DNA of 32,000 nt from Halogeometricum borinquense DSM 11551 (GCF_000172995.2 NC_014729.1:2788545-2820544); one strand, 5' to 3'; positions 6,328-15,366 are shown, counted from the first letter of the stretch. Made by a program: numbers and translations. The notes: generated by a model not told the origin, from the sequence alone.

Positions 6328-7779
6328 ATGGGCTTATCGTCGCTCGAACCATCTATCGCTGCTCAGTATCGCCCTCCAGGGACCGCCGCTGCAGCAGTAA
6401 TACAACCAGACAGTGCCATGGGTAACGCGATTACATTCGTAAACGGAGTGCTACAGGCGCTCCCCGTCAACAAGGCGACCGTCACCATCGGTGGCGTCTT
6501 CGCCATCATCATCCTCATCGGACTCTCGGCGTTCTTCTCCTCCTCGGAGATCGCCATGTTCTCGCTGGCGAAACACCGCGTCGACTCACTAGTCGAAGAG
6601 GGTGTTCCCGGAGCAGAGACCGTTCAATCACTGAAGAACGATCCGCACCGACTGCTCATCACCATCCTCGTCGGTAACAACATCGTCAACATTGCGATGT
6701 CGTCGCTTTCGACGGGGCTGCTCGTCTACATCGGGTTCGGGCAGGGAGAAGCTGTCGCCATTGCGACGTTCGGAATCACGGCGCTCGTCCTCCTGTTCGG
6801 TGAGAGCGCGCCGAAGTCCTACGCCGTCGAGAATACGGAGTCGTGGTCGCTACGAATCGCCCGTCCGCTGAAAATCTCGGAGTACGTACTCCTTCCGCTC
6901 GTCGTCATCTTCGACCGTCTGACCCGGATCGTCAACCGCATCACCGGCGGACGGTCGGCTATCGAAACGTCGTACGTCACGCGCGACGAGATTCAGGATC
7001 TCATCCAGACCGGCGAACGCGAGGGCGTCATCGAAGAGGACGAGCGCGAGATGCTCGACCGCATCTTCCGCTTCAACCAGACCATCGCCAAGGAGGTGAT
7101 GACGCCGCGGCTCGACATGACCGCCGTGCCGAAAGACGCGACTTTGGACGAGGCTATCGAGACGTGCATTCAGTCCGACCACGAGCGCGTCCCGGTGTAC
7201 GACGGCAACCTCGACAACGTCATCGGCATCGTCAACATCCGTGATCTGGTCCGCGAGCAGTTCTACGGAGAAGGTGGCGGCGACCTAGCCGACATCGTCC
7301 AACCGACGCTGCACGTTCCCGAATCGAAGAACGTGGACGAACTGCTGACCGAGATTCAGGACAACCGCCTGCAGATGGTCATCGTCATCGACGAGTTCGG
7401 GACCACAGAGGGCCTCATCACGCTCGAAGACATGGTCGAAGAAATCGTCGGCGACATCCTCGAAGACGACGAGGAAGAGGCGTTCGAGTTCATCAACGAA
7501 CGCGAGACGCTCGTCCGCGGCGAGGTCAACATCGACGAAGTAAACGAAGTGCTTGAACTCGATCTCCCCGAGGGTGAAGAGTTCGAGACGCTGGCCGGGT
7601 TCATCTTCAACCGCGCCGGTCGTCTCGTCGAGGAGGGCGAGGAAATCGAGTACGACAGCGTGATGATCCGGATCGAACAGGTGGACAACACGCGCATCAT
7701 GAAAGCGCGCATCACCGTGGATAACACCGACGACGAGTCGGAAGCCGAAGCCGAGATCGACCCGAGTAACGCGAGCTAG
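6328..7779 (+). CDS. CNNM/CorC/HlyC-family transporter (DUF21 TM domain + CBS pair + CorC_HlyC domain)
   Basis: LSAFFSSSEIAMFSL (DUF21), ESAPKSYA, MTPRLDM...VPVYDGNLDNVIGIV (CBS), and a C-terminal CorC-type domain. AT-rich box ctcttaattcc lies about 30 nt upstream of ATG 6328; ATG 6418 is an alternative start. Confidence 0.9.
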   Translation: MGLSSLEPSIAAQYRPPGTAAAAVIQPDSAMGNAITFVNGVLQALPVNKATVTIGGVFAIIILIGLSAFFSSSEIAMFSLAKHRVDSLVEEGVPGAETVQSLKNDPHRLLITILVGNNIVNIAMSSLSTGLLVYIGFGQGEAVAIATFGITALVLLFGESAPKSYAVENTESWSLRIARPLKISEYVLLPLVVIFDRLTRIVNRITGGRSAIETSYVTRDEIQDLIQTGEREGVIEEDEREMLDRIFRFNQTIAKEVMTPRLDMTAVPKDATLDEAIETCIQSDHERVPVYDGNLDNVIGIVNIRDLVREQFYGEGGGDLADIVQPTLHVPESKNVDELLTEIQDNRLQMVIVIDEFGTTEGLITLEDMVEEIVGDILEDDEEEAFEFINERETLVRGEVNIDEVNEVLELDLPEGEEFETLAGFIFNRAGRLVEEGEEIEYDSVMIRIEQVDNTRIMKARITVDNTDDESEAEAEIDPSNAS

Positions 7780-8978
7780 GACACAAGAAGCGTCGAGACA
7801 ACCCAGAAGACACCGTAGGAGACGGCAAAGGCGAGTGAAAGCGAGCCGATCCACGCGAGAACGGTTTTCCCCATCTTTTCTTTACTAACGCCCGCACCGC
7901 CAGCGGCGTATCCGCTGCCGACGATAGCGCTGACGATGATCTCGTTGAACGAAACGGGGATGCCGAGCGCCACGGCGGTCTGTGCGATGGCGAACGAGGG
8001 GATCATCGCCGCGATGGAGCGCCGCGGTCCGAGCGAGGAGTAATCCTGCGCGAGCGCTTTTATCATCCGCGGTGCGCCCGTCCACGACCCAACGAGTAAA
8101 CCGAGACCGCCGCCTGCCAAGAGGGCCGGAAGCGGAACGGCGACCGCGTCTAACAGTGGAACCAGCGGACCGATTGCGAGACCCACCTGACTCCCACCGG
8201 CGGAGAACGCGACGAGACCACCGAGGACGAGGAGGAATCGGCGTTGCCCCCGGGCCTCGTCTCGATGCATCGCCTGAGCGACGGCCCCACCGGAGAGGAG
8301 GACAACAGCGAGTGTGACGAGAGCGGCACCAAGTGAGACGCCGAACAGTTCGACTGGCGGGAGCGAGTCGGCGACGAACCGAGAGATAGATCCGGCGTTG
8401 GCGTCACCAGTGGCGAGTACGGCGAAGTCGATATTTGCGACGATAGCTCCGACGACACCACCGAGAATGGGGACGGCGACACGCTCAGAGACCGATTCGT
8501 GCCTGAGGAGTCGCGCAGTTCCGTAGGCCGCGCCACCGCCGACGAACGGCGTCAGCACCCACAGCGATAGGATCTGTTGATATTTCCCCCATGCCGGTAG
8601 ACCGCCGTTTGCGAGACCGACGCCGACGACGGCCCCGGTGACAGTGAACGCGGTGGCAATCGGATAGCCAGCGAAGACGCCGAGGGCGACGAGACCGGCG
8701 GCGACGAGAAGCGCGACAGTCGCAGCGGTCGCCGTCAGGACAGGACCGACGATCAGTTCGGTCCCGACAGCCTGCGTGACGTTTTCTCCCTGCAAGAACG
8801 CACCAGACAGTCCAAGAAGACCGACGATGAAGCCCGCGCGCATGACGGAGATAGCGTTCGCGCCGACGGCAGGTGCAAACGGCGTCGAACCGGACGACCC
8901 GGCACCGATAGCCCACGCCATGAATAAACTCGCGAGTGCCGCGACGACGAGCGTCGCAAGCGTTCCAGGCGTAACCAT
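7776..8978 (-). CDS. PiT/PHO4-like anion (phosphate) permease
   Basis: About 10-12 TM segments. N-terminal FMAWAIGAGSSGSTPFAPAVGANAIS...GENVTQAVG and a related internal repeat resemble the PiT duplicated signature, although the canonical GANDVAN is divergent. Confidence 0.72.
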   Translation of the reverse strand: MVTPGTLATLVVAALASLFMAWAIGAGSSGSTPFAPAVGANAISVMRAGFIVGLLGLSGAFLQGENVTQAVGTELIVGPVLTATAATVALLVAAGLVALGVFAGYPIATAFTVTGAVVGVGLANGGLPAWGKYQQILSLWVLTPFVGGGAAYGTARLLRHESVSERVAVPILGGVVGAIVANIDFAVLATGDANAGSISRFVADSLPPVELFGVSLGAALVTLAVVLLSGGAVAQAMHRDEARGQRRFLLVLGGLVAFSAGGSQVGLAIGPLVPLLDAVAVPLPALLAGGGLGLLVGSWTGAPRMIKALAQDYSSLGPRRSIAAMIPSFAIAQTAVALGIPVSFNEIIVSAIVGSGYAAGGAGVSKEKMGKTVLAWIGSLSLAFAVSYGVFWVVSTLLVS

Positions 8979-8984
8979 TGCCCG

Positions 8985-9164
8985 TTACTTCCCCCGATAA
9001 CCCTCGTCGAATCCCTCGCGCATCCCCATGAGAGTTCGACGGACAAACAGGTACGCGAAGAAGACGAACAAGAGGAGCAAGACGAGGAACCCGACGAATA
9101 CCGGTTCGGAGAGAACGAACTCTACGAAGTCGTCGAGTAGGCCCTGTAAGGGACGGGCAGACAT
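8985..9164 (-). CDS. Small single-TM membrane protein immediately upstream of the PiT-like gene
   Basis: ATG at 9164 gives MSARPLQGLLDDFVEFVLSEPVFVGFLVLLLLFVFFAYLFVRRTLMGMREGFDEGYRGK, ending 6 nt before the permease start. Good GC3 bias. Confidence 0.5.
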   Translation of the reverse strand: MSARPLQGLLDDFVEFVLSEPVFVGFLVLLLLFVFFAYLFVRRTLMGMREGFDEGYRGK

Positions 9165-9292
9165 GCGCGGGATTTTCCGGGGCGAAGGTAAAGCCGTTTC
9201 GCCGTCCGGCGGCAAGACAGCACGAAAGGGGAGAGAAAGAAAGTCGAGAGAGGAGAAGACTCATCACCTCCGATGTGAAACCGATGCGTAGC

Positions 9293-10195
9293 ATGGCCGA
9301 CATCCTCCCCACTCGGCCCGACCCACCCTCGGGAGACGACAAGGAGCCTCGCGTTGTCGGACTCGACAGCGACGAGGTATCCGAGTTGCTCTCGGCAATC
9401 TCCTCGGAGACGGCGCGGACAATACTCTCCGCCCTCCACGAGGAACCCGCAACGCCCTCCGAACTCGCAGACACCGCAGACACCTCAATTCAAAACGCCC
9501 AGTATCACCTCGGAAAGCTCGAAGACGCTGGCCTCATCGAACCCGGAGGGACCGCCTACTCCGAGAAAGGCCGCGAGATGACCGTGTACACGCCCGCCGA
9601 CCGGGCGCTCGTCGTCGTCGCCGGACAGGAAGACGACACCAGCGGACTCCAGACGGTTCTCACGCAACTGCTCGGCGGCGTCGGCGTCGTTGCACTCGGG
9701 AGTGTCGTGATCGAACGACTCACGACGGCCGGGTCCGGACCGAGTATCCACCTCGCCAGCCAGAGTGGTTCCGGCGGCGACGACGCGGCGACGAGTAGTG
9801 GCGGCGCTGGAAGTGGTGCGAACGGGGCAGTGAACGCGACCGCCTCAACGGAGACGGCAGCACCAACCGCTTCACCGACCGAGACAGCAGGTGACGGCGG
9901 ATTCGACGGTTCCGAGGTGACCACAACCGCCTCATCCCACACGCCAGGCGATGCAACGACAACCCACATCCAAACGGCTACCGAAACGTCGGCGACGGGA
10001 ACGCCGACACAGGCACCAGTACCGGAACCGACAACAACGACAGACTCGGTGCGAACGACAGCCGAGACGGTCGTGGCCTCCGGAGATCCGGGTGGCGTGA
10101 CGACGATGGCCTCGCTGTCACCCGGCGAACTGTTCCTCCTCGGGGGCCTCGTGACACTCGTCGTTTTGACGGTATACTGGTGGCTCAGTAGGTGA
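9293..10195 (+). CDS. Winged-HTH (ArsR-like) DNA-binding protein with TM segment, Thr/Ser/Ala/Gly-rich region and C-terminal hydrophobic anchor
   Basis: ELLSAISSETARTILSALHEEPATPSELADTADTSIQNAQYHLGKLEDAGLIE is an ArsR-type wHTH. It is followed by LLGGVGVVALGSVVI, about 130 aa of low-complexity T/S/A/G, and the tail SPGELFLLGGLVTLVVLTVYWWLSR. Possible starts: ATG 9293, ATG 9284 or GTG 9275. Confidence 0.75.
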   Translation: MADILPTRPDPPSGDDKEPRVVGLDSDEVSELLSAISSETARTILSALHEEPATPSELADTADTSIQNAQYHLGKLEDAGLIEPGGTAYSEKGREMTVYTPADRALVVVAGQEDDTSGLQTVLTQLLGGVGVVALGSVVIERLTTAGSGPSIHLASQSGSGGDDAATSSGGAGSGANGAVNATASTETAAPTASPTETAGDGGFDGSEVTTTASSHTPGDATTTHIQTATETSATGTPTQAPVPEPTTTTDSVRTTAETVVASGDPGGVTTMASLSPGELFLLGGLVTLVVLTVYWWLSR

Positions 10196-10418
10196 AAACC
10201 GGATTTTACTCTACGATGCGTATATGCAACGAGAGGCACAATGACAAAGTGCGAGGTCCCACGGTGCATCGGCCCTCCCAAGGACCCGAGTGCCAGTCGT
10301 GCTGACACGCACTGGAGACTCCCACCGTCCCGTGCCAGAGACGTGGACTGCTCCCCAAACCGACCACCTCCGTGTCACCGGCTGGCTACCGTGAGACCTT
10401 CACTGCCCCCTCCCCACA

Positions 10419-10448
10419 CGGTGCGTCTTCTCCCCTTCTGACGCACCG
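10419..10448. other. Perfect 9-bp stem / 12-nt loop hairpin in a 310-bp convergent intergenic region
   Basis: CGGTGCGTC-ttctccccttct-GACGCACCG read directly. Confidence 0.6.
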
Positions 10449-10506
10449 GCACTTTCACGATACCTCTCGGAGACAGCCACAGGTACACAGACGAACGAGG
10501 AACGTC

Positions 10507-11028
10507 TCAGTTCTCCGTGGACGGTATCGTGAACGTCTCGAAAACGTCTCCCTCGACAGTGACGAGTCGGCCCCTGACGCCGCCATCAGTCATGGGTTCG
10601 AGTTCGGCGTGCGCGGTCCGGTGGCCACGCGGTTGCGCGTGACTTCCGGGATTGAGAAGCGTCACCTCTCCGGTGCCGTCGAACGTCGGCCGGTGGCTGT
10701 GTCCGAAGAGAACCACGTCGGCACCGCGTTCGCGGCCGAACATCGAAAGCGCGGTCGAACCGCCGCGTCGGGTGTGCGTCGCGGCGAAAGTGAGTCCCGC
10801 GAACGTGAAGGTACGCGTGTCCGGAAGCCGGTCGCGGATTCCGGCGTCATCGTTGTTTCCGTACACGCCGAACAGCTGAGACGACTCAGATTCGAACGCA
10901 TCGAGGACGGATTCGCGCATGAAATCACCGAGATGGACGACAAGTTCCGCCTCGCGGACGGCCTCAAGCGTTCGGCCGGAGAGACGGTGCGAATCCGTAC
11001 TGTGGGTGTCGGAAACGACAGTCAGCAT
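10507..11028 (-). CDS. YfcE/MJ0936-type metallophosphoesterase
   Basis: MLTVVSDTHS...VHLGDF...GNND...GHSH are the calcineurin-like phosphoesterase motifs. Trimmed from ORF 10507..11277 to ATG 11028. Confidence 0.87.
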   Translation of the reverse strand: MLTVVSDTHSTDSHRLSGRTLEAVREAELVVHLGDFMRESVLDAFESESSQLFGVYGNNDDAGIRDRLPDTRTFTFAGLTFAATHTRRGGSTALSMFGRERGADVVLFGHSHRPTFDGTGEVTLLNPGSHAQPRGHRTAHAELEPMTDGGVRGRLVTVEGDVFETFTIPSTEN

Positions 11029-11157
11029 CGGCGGGACGTAGGAACTCAAGGAACAGTAACGTTCCGTTCGACCGACCGCCTGTGAGTACTCGCGTAATCG
11101 TCGTGACAGACGAGCGTCCGTGGAAACGCTCTTACGGGAGACGCAAGAGATGGAAGT

Positions 11158-12099
11158 ATGGCAGGTAGTAGAGGCGTCGTCATTGCGGCACTTATCGCAA
11201 ACGGCGCTATCGCGGTTCTGAAATTTCTCGGATTCCTCGTCACGCAGAGTCCGTCGATGCTGTCGGAGACGTACCACTCAATCTCCGACACGGGGAACCA
11301 AGTGTTCCTCCTTATCGGCATCCGGTACAGCGGAAAAGAGGAAAGTCGAACGCATCCATTTGGATACGGAAAGGCACAGTTCTTCTACTCGTTTCTCGTC
11401 TCCGTGTTACTGTTCGGGATCGCCGGATGGGAGTCACTGAAACACGGGTACGACGCGATCATGCACGGCGGCCACGCCCTCGGTGGGATGGTAACGCTCG
11501 CGGGCTACACGTTCCCCGGCTGGTACGTCAACGTCGTTGTTCTCGTCGGAGCTATCGGTTTCGAGAGCTACGCATTCAAGAAAGCCGCCGCCGAACTCCG
11601 ACGCCAGATACGTGAATACGAGTGGGACGGAATCGTAGACGCGTTCCGAAAGACCAGCGACGTGACGACGCTCACGGCGTTCACCGAGGACACCATCGCT
11701 CTCCTCGGTGCCGGTATCGCGCTCGTCGGCGTCATCCTCTCTGAGATAACTGGCAACGCAGTGTACGACGCTATCGGTGCCGTCTGTATCGGCGTCCTCC
11801 TCATGTCGTTCTCTGTCGCCCTCGCGTGGGAGAACAAGCGCCTCCTCCTCGGAGAAAGTCTTCCCGAACAGGTCGAAAAGAGCCTGCAATCCATCGTCAG
11901 AAATCATCCCGGCGTGGCCCACGTTGACGACTTCCGGACGGTCCACGTCGGCCCCGAGAAGGTTCTCGTCACCGCCGACGTGAGTTTCAACTCCGGGCTG
12001 GAAACCAACGACATCGACACCGACATCACGGAGATAGAGGACAAGTTGAAGGCCGAAGACAAACGGGTGAAGTTCGTCTACCTCGAACCCGAAGTCTGA
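11158..12099 (+). CDS. Cation diffusion facilitator (CDF) family metal efflux transporter
   Basis: ANGAIAVLKFLGFLVTQSPSMLSETYHSISDTGNQ (HxxxD in TM2), six TM segments, and a C-terminal cytoplasmic domain (VAHVDDFRTVHVGPEKVLVTADV). Confidence 0.9.
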   Translation: MAGSRGVVIAALIANGAIAVLKFLGFLVTQSPSMLSETYHSISDTGNQVFLLIGIRYSGKEESRTHPFGYGKAQFFYSFLVSVLLFGIAGWESLKHGYDAIMHGGHALGGMVTLAGYTFPGWYVNVVVLVGAIGFESYAFKKAAAELRRQIREYEWDGIVDAFRKTSDVTTLTAFTEDTIALLGAGIALVGVILSEITGNAVYDAIGAVCIGVLLMSFSVALAWENKRLLLGESLPEQVEKSLQSIVRNHPGVAHVDDFRTVHVGPEKVLVTADVSFNSGLETNDIDTDITEIEDKLKAEDKRVKFVYLEPEV

Positions 12100-13133
12100 G
12101 ACGACCCTTCTATCGCGGCTTCGATTCGCTCGACAGCGTCGTCTACGTCCGCCCGAGACACATCAAGATGCGTGCAGAATCGAGTGAGATGATCGCCGTG
12201 TGCGCCGCCGAGAACGCCGGCATCCTCGCAGCGTTCGACGAACGAAGTCGCCGAAAGCCCCGCTTCGTCGGAGAACACCTGTACGATGTTCGTGTCCGGT
12301 TCGGGCGCGCTGAGGCCGTCGATGTCGTCGAGACCGGCCGCGAGTCGCGCCGCGTTCTCGTGGTCGTCGGCCAGTCGTTCGACGTTATCGAGGGCGCGCA
12401 GTCCCGGTGCGGCGATGATTCCGGCTTGTCGCATCCCGCCACCGAACAGCTTTCGGACGCGGCGGGCGCGTTCGACGTACTCCGACGAGCCAGCGAGTAT
12501 CGATCCGACTGGCGCGCCGAGACCCTTCGAGAGACAGAACATCACGGAGTCAACCGCGCGTGTCATCCGCGCCGGGTCAACGTCGAGAGCGACGCAGGCG
12601 TTGAACAGGCGCGCGCCGTCGAGATGGACCGGGACACCGAGTTCGTGGGCGGCATCGGCCGCGGCGTCGATAGTCTCGGGTGAGACGGCAACACCGCCGC
12701 GGGCGTTGTGAGTGTTTTCGACCGCGACAAGACCGGTTCCGGCCTCGTGAAGGCTCTGTTCGACGTATCCGTCTTGGATCTGTTGTGGCGTCGGGACGGC
12801 CGCGTCGCCCGCAGCAACGGTCCGGACTTGCAAGCCCGACAGTTGTGCGAGGCCGCCGAGTTCCCACTTGTAGATGTGCGCTTGTTCGTCCACCAGAATC
12901 TCTTGGCCGCGGTCGGTATGGACGCGAGCGGCGATTTGGTTACCCATCGTCCCGGTCGGGACGTAGAGAGCCGCCTCCATCCCGACCAGCTCTGCGGCTG
13001 CCGCTTCGAGTTCGTTCACCGTCGGATCGTCACCGTACACGTCGTCACCCACGGGCGCATCGCGCGCGGCCTCGCGCATCGCCTCAGATGGGCGCGTCAC
13101 CGTATCGCTTCGGAGGTCGATAGACATGCTCAT
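12078..13133 (-). CDS. ltaE: Low-specificity L-threonine aldolase (beta-eliminating lyase family, PLP-dependent)
   Basis: IDLRSDTVTRPSEAMREAA...GDDVYGDDPTVNELE...GTMGNQIA, then CLSKGLGAPVGS with the PLP lysine. Possible starts: ATG 13133, ATG 13127 or GTG 13142. Overlaps the 3' end of the convergent CDF gene by 22 nt. Confidence 0.9.
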   Translation of the reverse strand: MSMSIDLRSDTVTRPSEAMREAARDAPVGDDVYGDDPTVNELEAAAAELVGMEAALYVPTGTMGNQIAARVHTDRGQEILVDEQAHIYKWELGGLAQLSGLQVRTVAAGDAAVPTPQQIQDGYVEQSLHEAGTGLVAVENTHNARGGVAVSPETIDAAADAAHELGVPVHLDGARLFNACVALDVDPARMTRAVDSVMFCLSKGLGAPVGSILAGSSEYVERARRVRKLFGGGMRQAGIIAAPGLRALDNVERLADDHENAARLAAGLDDIDGLSAPEPDTNIVQVFSDEAGLSATSFVERCEDAGVLGGAHGDHLTRFCTHLDVSRADVDDAVERIEAAIEGSSQTSGSR

Positions 13134-13192
13134 ACCATCCACTCCGGGCGGGTTATACTCGGGGGTCGCGGCGGTTCAACGGGAAAGTGGAG

Positions 13193-13211
13193 AAAAAAGT
13201 CCGTCGCGGAC
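13193..13211 (-). terminator. Hairpin followed by T6 downstream of the DoxX gene
   Basis: The minus strand reads GTCCG-cga-CGGAC then TTTTTT, starting 6 nt after the DoxX stop. Oligo-T tracts are the established archaeal termination signal. Confidence 0.5.
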
Positions 13212-13216
13212 ACTGT

Positions 13217-13759
13217 TCAGCCGAGGATGAACTTTGCGGCCTTCGTCTTCGCAAAGTCGAATTTTTCGAGGTAGGCGTCCAGGCCGAGGATGCGGCCCGC
13301 GCCGAACGTGGCGACGGTGACGAAGAGCACCAAGCCCATGAGGTCACCGTTGACCAAGCCGTGCGCCCAGTCGGCGTTCCCGAGGTAGAAGAACACCATC
13401 AGGACGGCCCCGAAGAACGAGGCCAGACGGACGAGACCACCGACGATCAGTCCGAGTCCGATGAGGAACTCACCAGTGGGAATCATGAAGTTCGTAAACT
13501 CCATGAGCCACGGTGTCGCCGCCGCCCACGCAAAGAAGCCGTGGAGGGGGCTAGCCGTGGTGCCGTTGAGGAGGTAGCCTGCGGCGTCGAACGATTCACC
13601 CGAGACGAAGGCGAACTTGTTCCAGCCGGCGTGGAGGAACCAGTAGCCGGTAATCAGCCGAACGGCGACGAGCCAGTAGCCAGCCAGTGTGCCCTGTAGA
13701 TCGAAGTTGAGGACATCATCAAATTTTGTGTCAGTCGTGGTTGTAGTGGGAGTGCTCAT
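13217..13759 (-). CDS. DoxX-family membrane protein
   Basis: LVAVRLITGYWFLHAGWNKF and four TM segments, typical of DoxX / TQO small subunit. ATG at 13759. Confidence 0.8.
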   Translation of the reverse strand: MSTPTTTTTDTKFDDVLNFDLQGTLAGYWLVAVRLITGYWFLHAGWNKFAFVSGESFDAAGYLLNGTTASPLHGFFAWAAATPWLMEFTNFMIPTGEFLIGLGLIVGGLVRLASFFGAVLMVFFYLGNADWAHGLVNGDLMGLVLFVTVATFGAGRILGLDAYLEKFDFAKTKAAKFILG

Positions 13760-13936
13760 AATCAGTCACCTTTTACGACTGTCCGTTCGTCCGAAGAGAA
13801 CATATAAAGCGCCTGTATTTCTCATTCTTCCAGAAAACCCACACAGGAGTGCTGTACGTGGTGAGAAGCGGAGTCAGTCAATCGGGTGACAGCGACGGTG
13901 CGAAAGCGGTTTTACTCCCACGTGAGACGTGCGGGT

Positions 13937-15022
13937 ATGGACCCACGGATCCGTGAACACGCACAAATCATCGCCGACCATTCGGCCGATATCAGCGATG
14001 GTGACAACGTTGTCATCAACGCCCCTGCGGCGGCGGAAGAGTTGGTCGTCGCCCTCCACGAGGAGTGTGCCGAACGCGGTGCGAACCCCGTCTACATGAA
14101 CAACAGTTCCCGCGCCTCCCGGGCATTTCTCCGGAACCACGACGGCGAGTTCGAGACGCCGGACCACCTTCTTGCCATGTACGAGGAGATGGACGCGTAC
14201 ATCGCCGTTCGCGGCGACGTGAACGCCTCGGAGACCGCAGACGTAGACCCCGAGACGAACGCCGCCCATCGCCGGGCGATGCAGCCAGTCCTCGAAGAAC
14301 GCCTCTCGAAGAAGTGGTGTCTCACGCAGTTCCCCACAGCGGGCAACGCCCAACTCGCGGGCATGAGTACCGAAGGCTACGAGAATTTCGTCTGGGACGC
14401 CGTGAATCTCGACTGGGACGAACAGTACGAGTTCCAACAGCAGATGGTCGAGATTCTCGACGACGCCGACGAGGTCCACATCGTCGCCGGCGACGAGACG
14501 GACGTGACGATGAGCGTCGCGGGCAACAGCACACTGAACGACAAGGGTGAGAAGAACCTCCCCGGCGGCGAAGTGTTCACCGCACCAGTCAAGGACAGCG
14601 TGAACGGCGAGGTCCACTTCGACATGCCCCTGTACCGACAGGGACGAGAGATTTCGGGCGTCCGCGTCCGCTTCGAGGACGGCCGTGTCGAGTCCTACAG
14701 TGCCGAACGCAACGAGGAAGTCCTCGACGGCGTGTTCGAGACGGACGAAGGCGCGCGTTACCTCGGCGAACTCGGTATCGGCATGAACCGCGCTATCGAC
14801 CAGTTCACCTACAATATGCTGTTCGACGAGAAGATGGGCGATACTGTCCACATGGCCGTCGGATCCGCGTACCCCGAGACGGTGGGTGAGGAGAACGAAG
14901 AGAACGAGAGCGCAGAACACGTGGATATGATTCTGGATATGTCTGAAGACTCCATCATCGAAGTTGACGGGGAGGTCGTCCAGCGCAACGGTACGTTCGT
15001 GTTCAAGGACGACTTCGAGTAG
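13937..15022 (+). CDS. Aminopeptidase, peptidase family M29 (AmpS/PepS-type)
   Basis: MDPRIREHAQIIADHS...GANPVY...NLPGGEVFTAP...GELGIGMN...HVDMI are M29 hallmarks. Trimmed from ORF 13886 to ATG 13937. Confidence 0.9.
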   Translation: MDPRIREHAQIIADHSADISDGDNVVINAPAAAEELVVALHEECAERGANPVYMNNSSRASRAFLRNHDGEFETPDHLLAMYEEMDAYIAVRGDVNASETADVDPETNAAHRRAMQPVLEERLSKKWCLTQFPTAGNAQLAGMSTEGYENFVWDAVNLDWDEQYEFQQQMVEILDDADEVHIVAGDETDVTMSVAGNSTLNDKGEKNLPGGEVFTAPVKDSVNGEVHFDMPLYRQGREISGVRVRFEDGRVESYSAERNEEVLDGVFETDEGARYLGELGIGMNRAIDQFTYNMLFDEKMGDTVHMAVGSAYPETVGEENEENESAEHVDMILDMSEDSIIEVDGEVVQRNGTFVFKDDFE

Positions 15023-15295
15023 TCGCTGGTTGCGACTCCACCTTTTGGTCCAGCTTTTGCGAGCGAACGAAGTGAGCGAGACAAAAGGTGGAACTGGTAC
15101 GTTCGTGTTCGAGGACGACTTCGAGTAGTCGCTGGTTGCGACTCCGCCTTTTGGTCCAGCTTTTGCGAGCGAACGAAGTGAGCGAGACAAAAGGTGGAAC
15201 TGGTACGTTCGTGTTCGAGGACGACTTCGAGTAGTCGCTGGTTGCGACTCCGCCTTTTGGTCCAGCTTTTGTGAGCGAACGAAGTGAGCGAGAAA
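14990..15295 (+). repeat. 106-bp tandem repeat, about 2.9 copies, including the last 33 nt of the aminopeptidase CDS
   Basis: Copies begin at 14990, 15096 and 15202 (ggtacgttcgtgttc[a/g]aggacgacttcgagtag...). Only 3 substitutions: 15005 versus 15111, 15040 versus 15146, and 15166 versus 15272. Each full unit holds a 10-bp inverted repeat CCACCTTTTG...CAAAAGGTGG (for example 15038-15047 / 15082-15091). Confidence 0.92.
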
Positions 15296-15366
15296 AAGAG
15301 TAGCGAGCGTGATACCTTCAAATCAGTTTGTACCTCCTGATTGACAAACAGTCACACATACCGAGT

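Noticed and set aside
7776-7779. Shared palindromic CTAG stop overlap of the convergent CorC and PiT-like genes (similar TTAG overlap at 25286-25289)
   Set aside because: This is a trivial consequence of tight convergent packing, with no functional implication.
13874-15190. 438-aa minus-strand ORF (with 14809..15321) opposite the aminopeptidase gene and running through the tandem repeat
   Set aside because: It is antisense to a well-supported M29 peptidase. The sequence has no recognisable motifs, and its 5' part merely reads through the 106-bp repeats.
14990-15295. Tandem repeat as a possible CRISPR array
   Set aside because: The units are contiguous 106-bp copies with no unique spacers, they include the 3' end of a CDS, and there are no cas genes nearby apart from the unrelated, distant Cas4-like gene.
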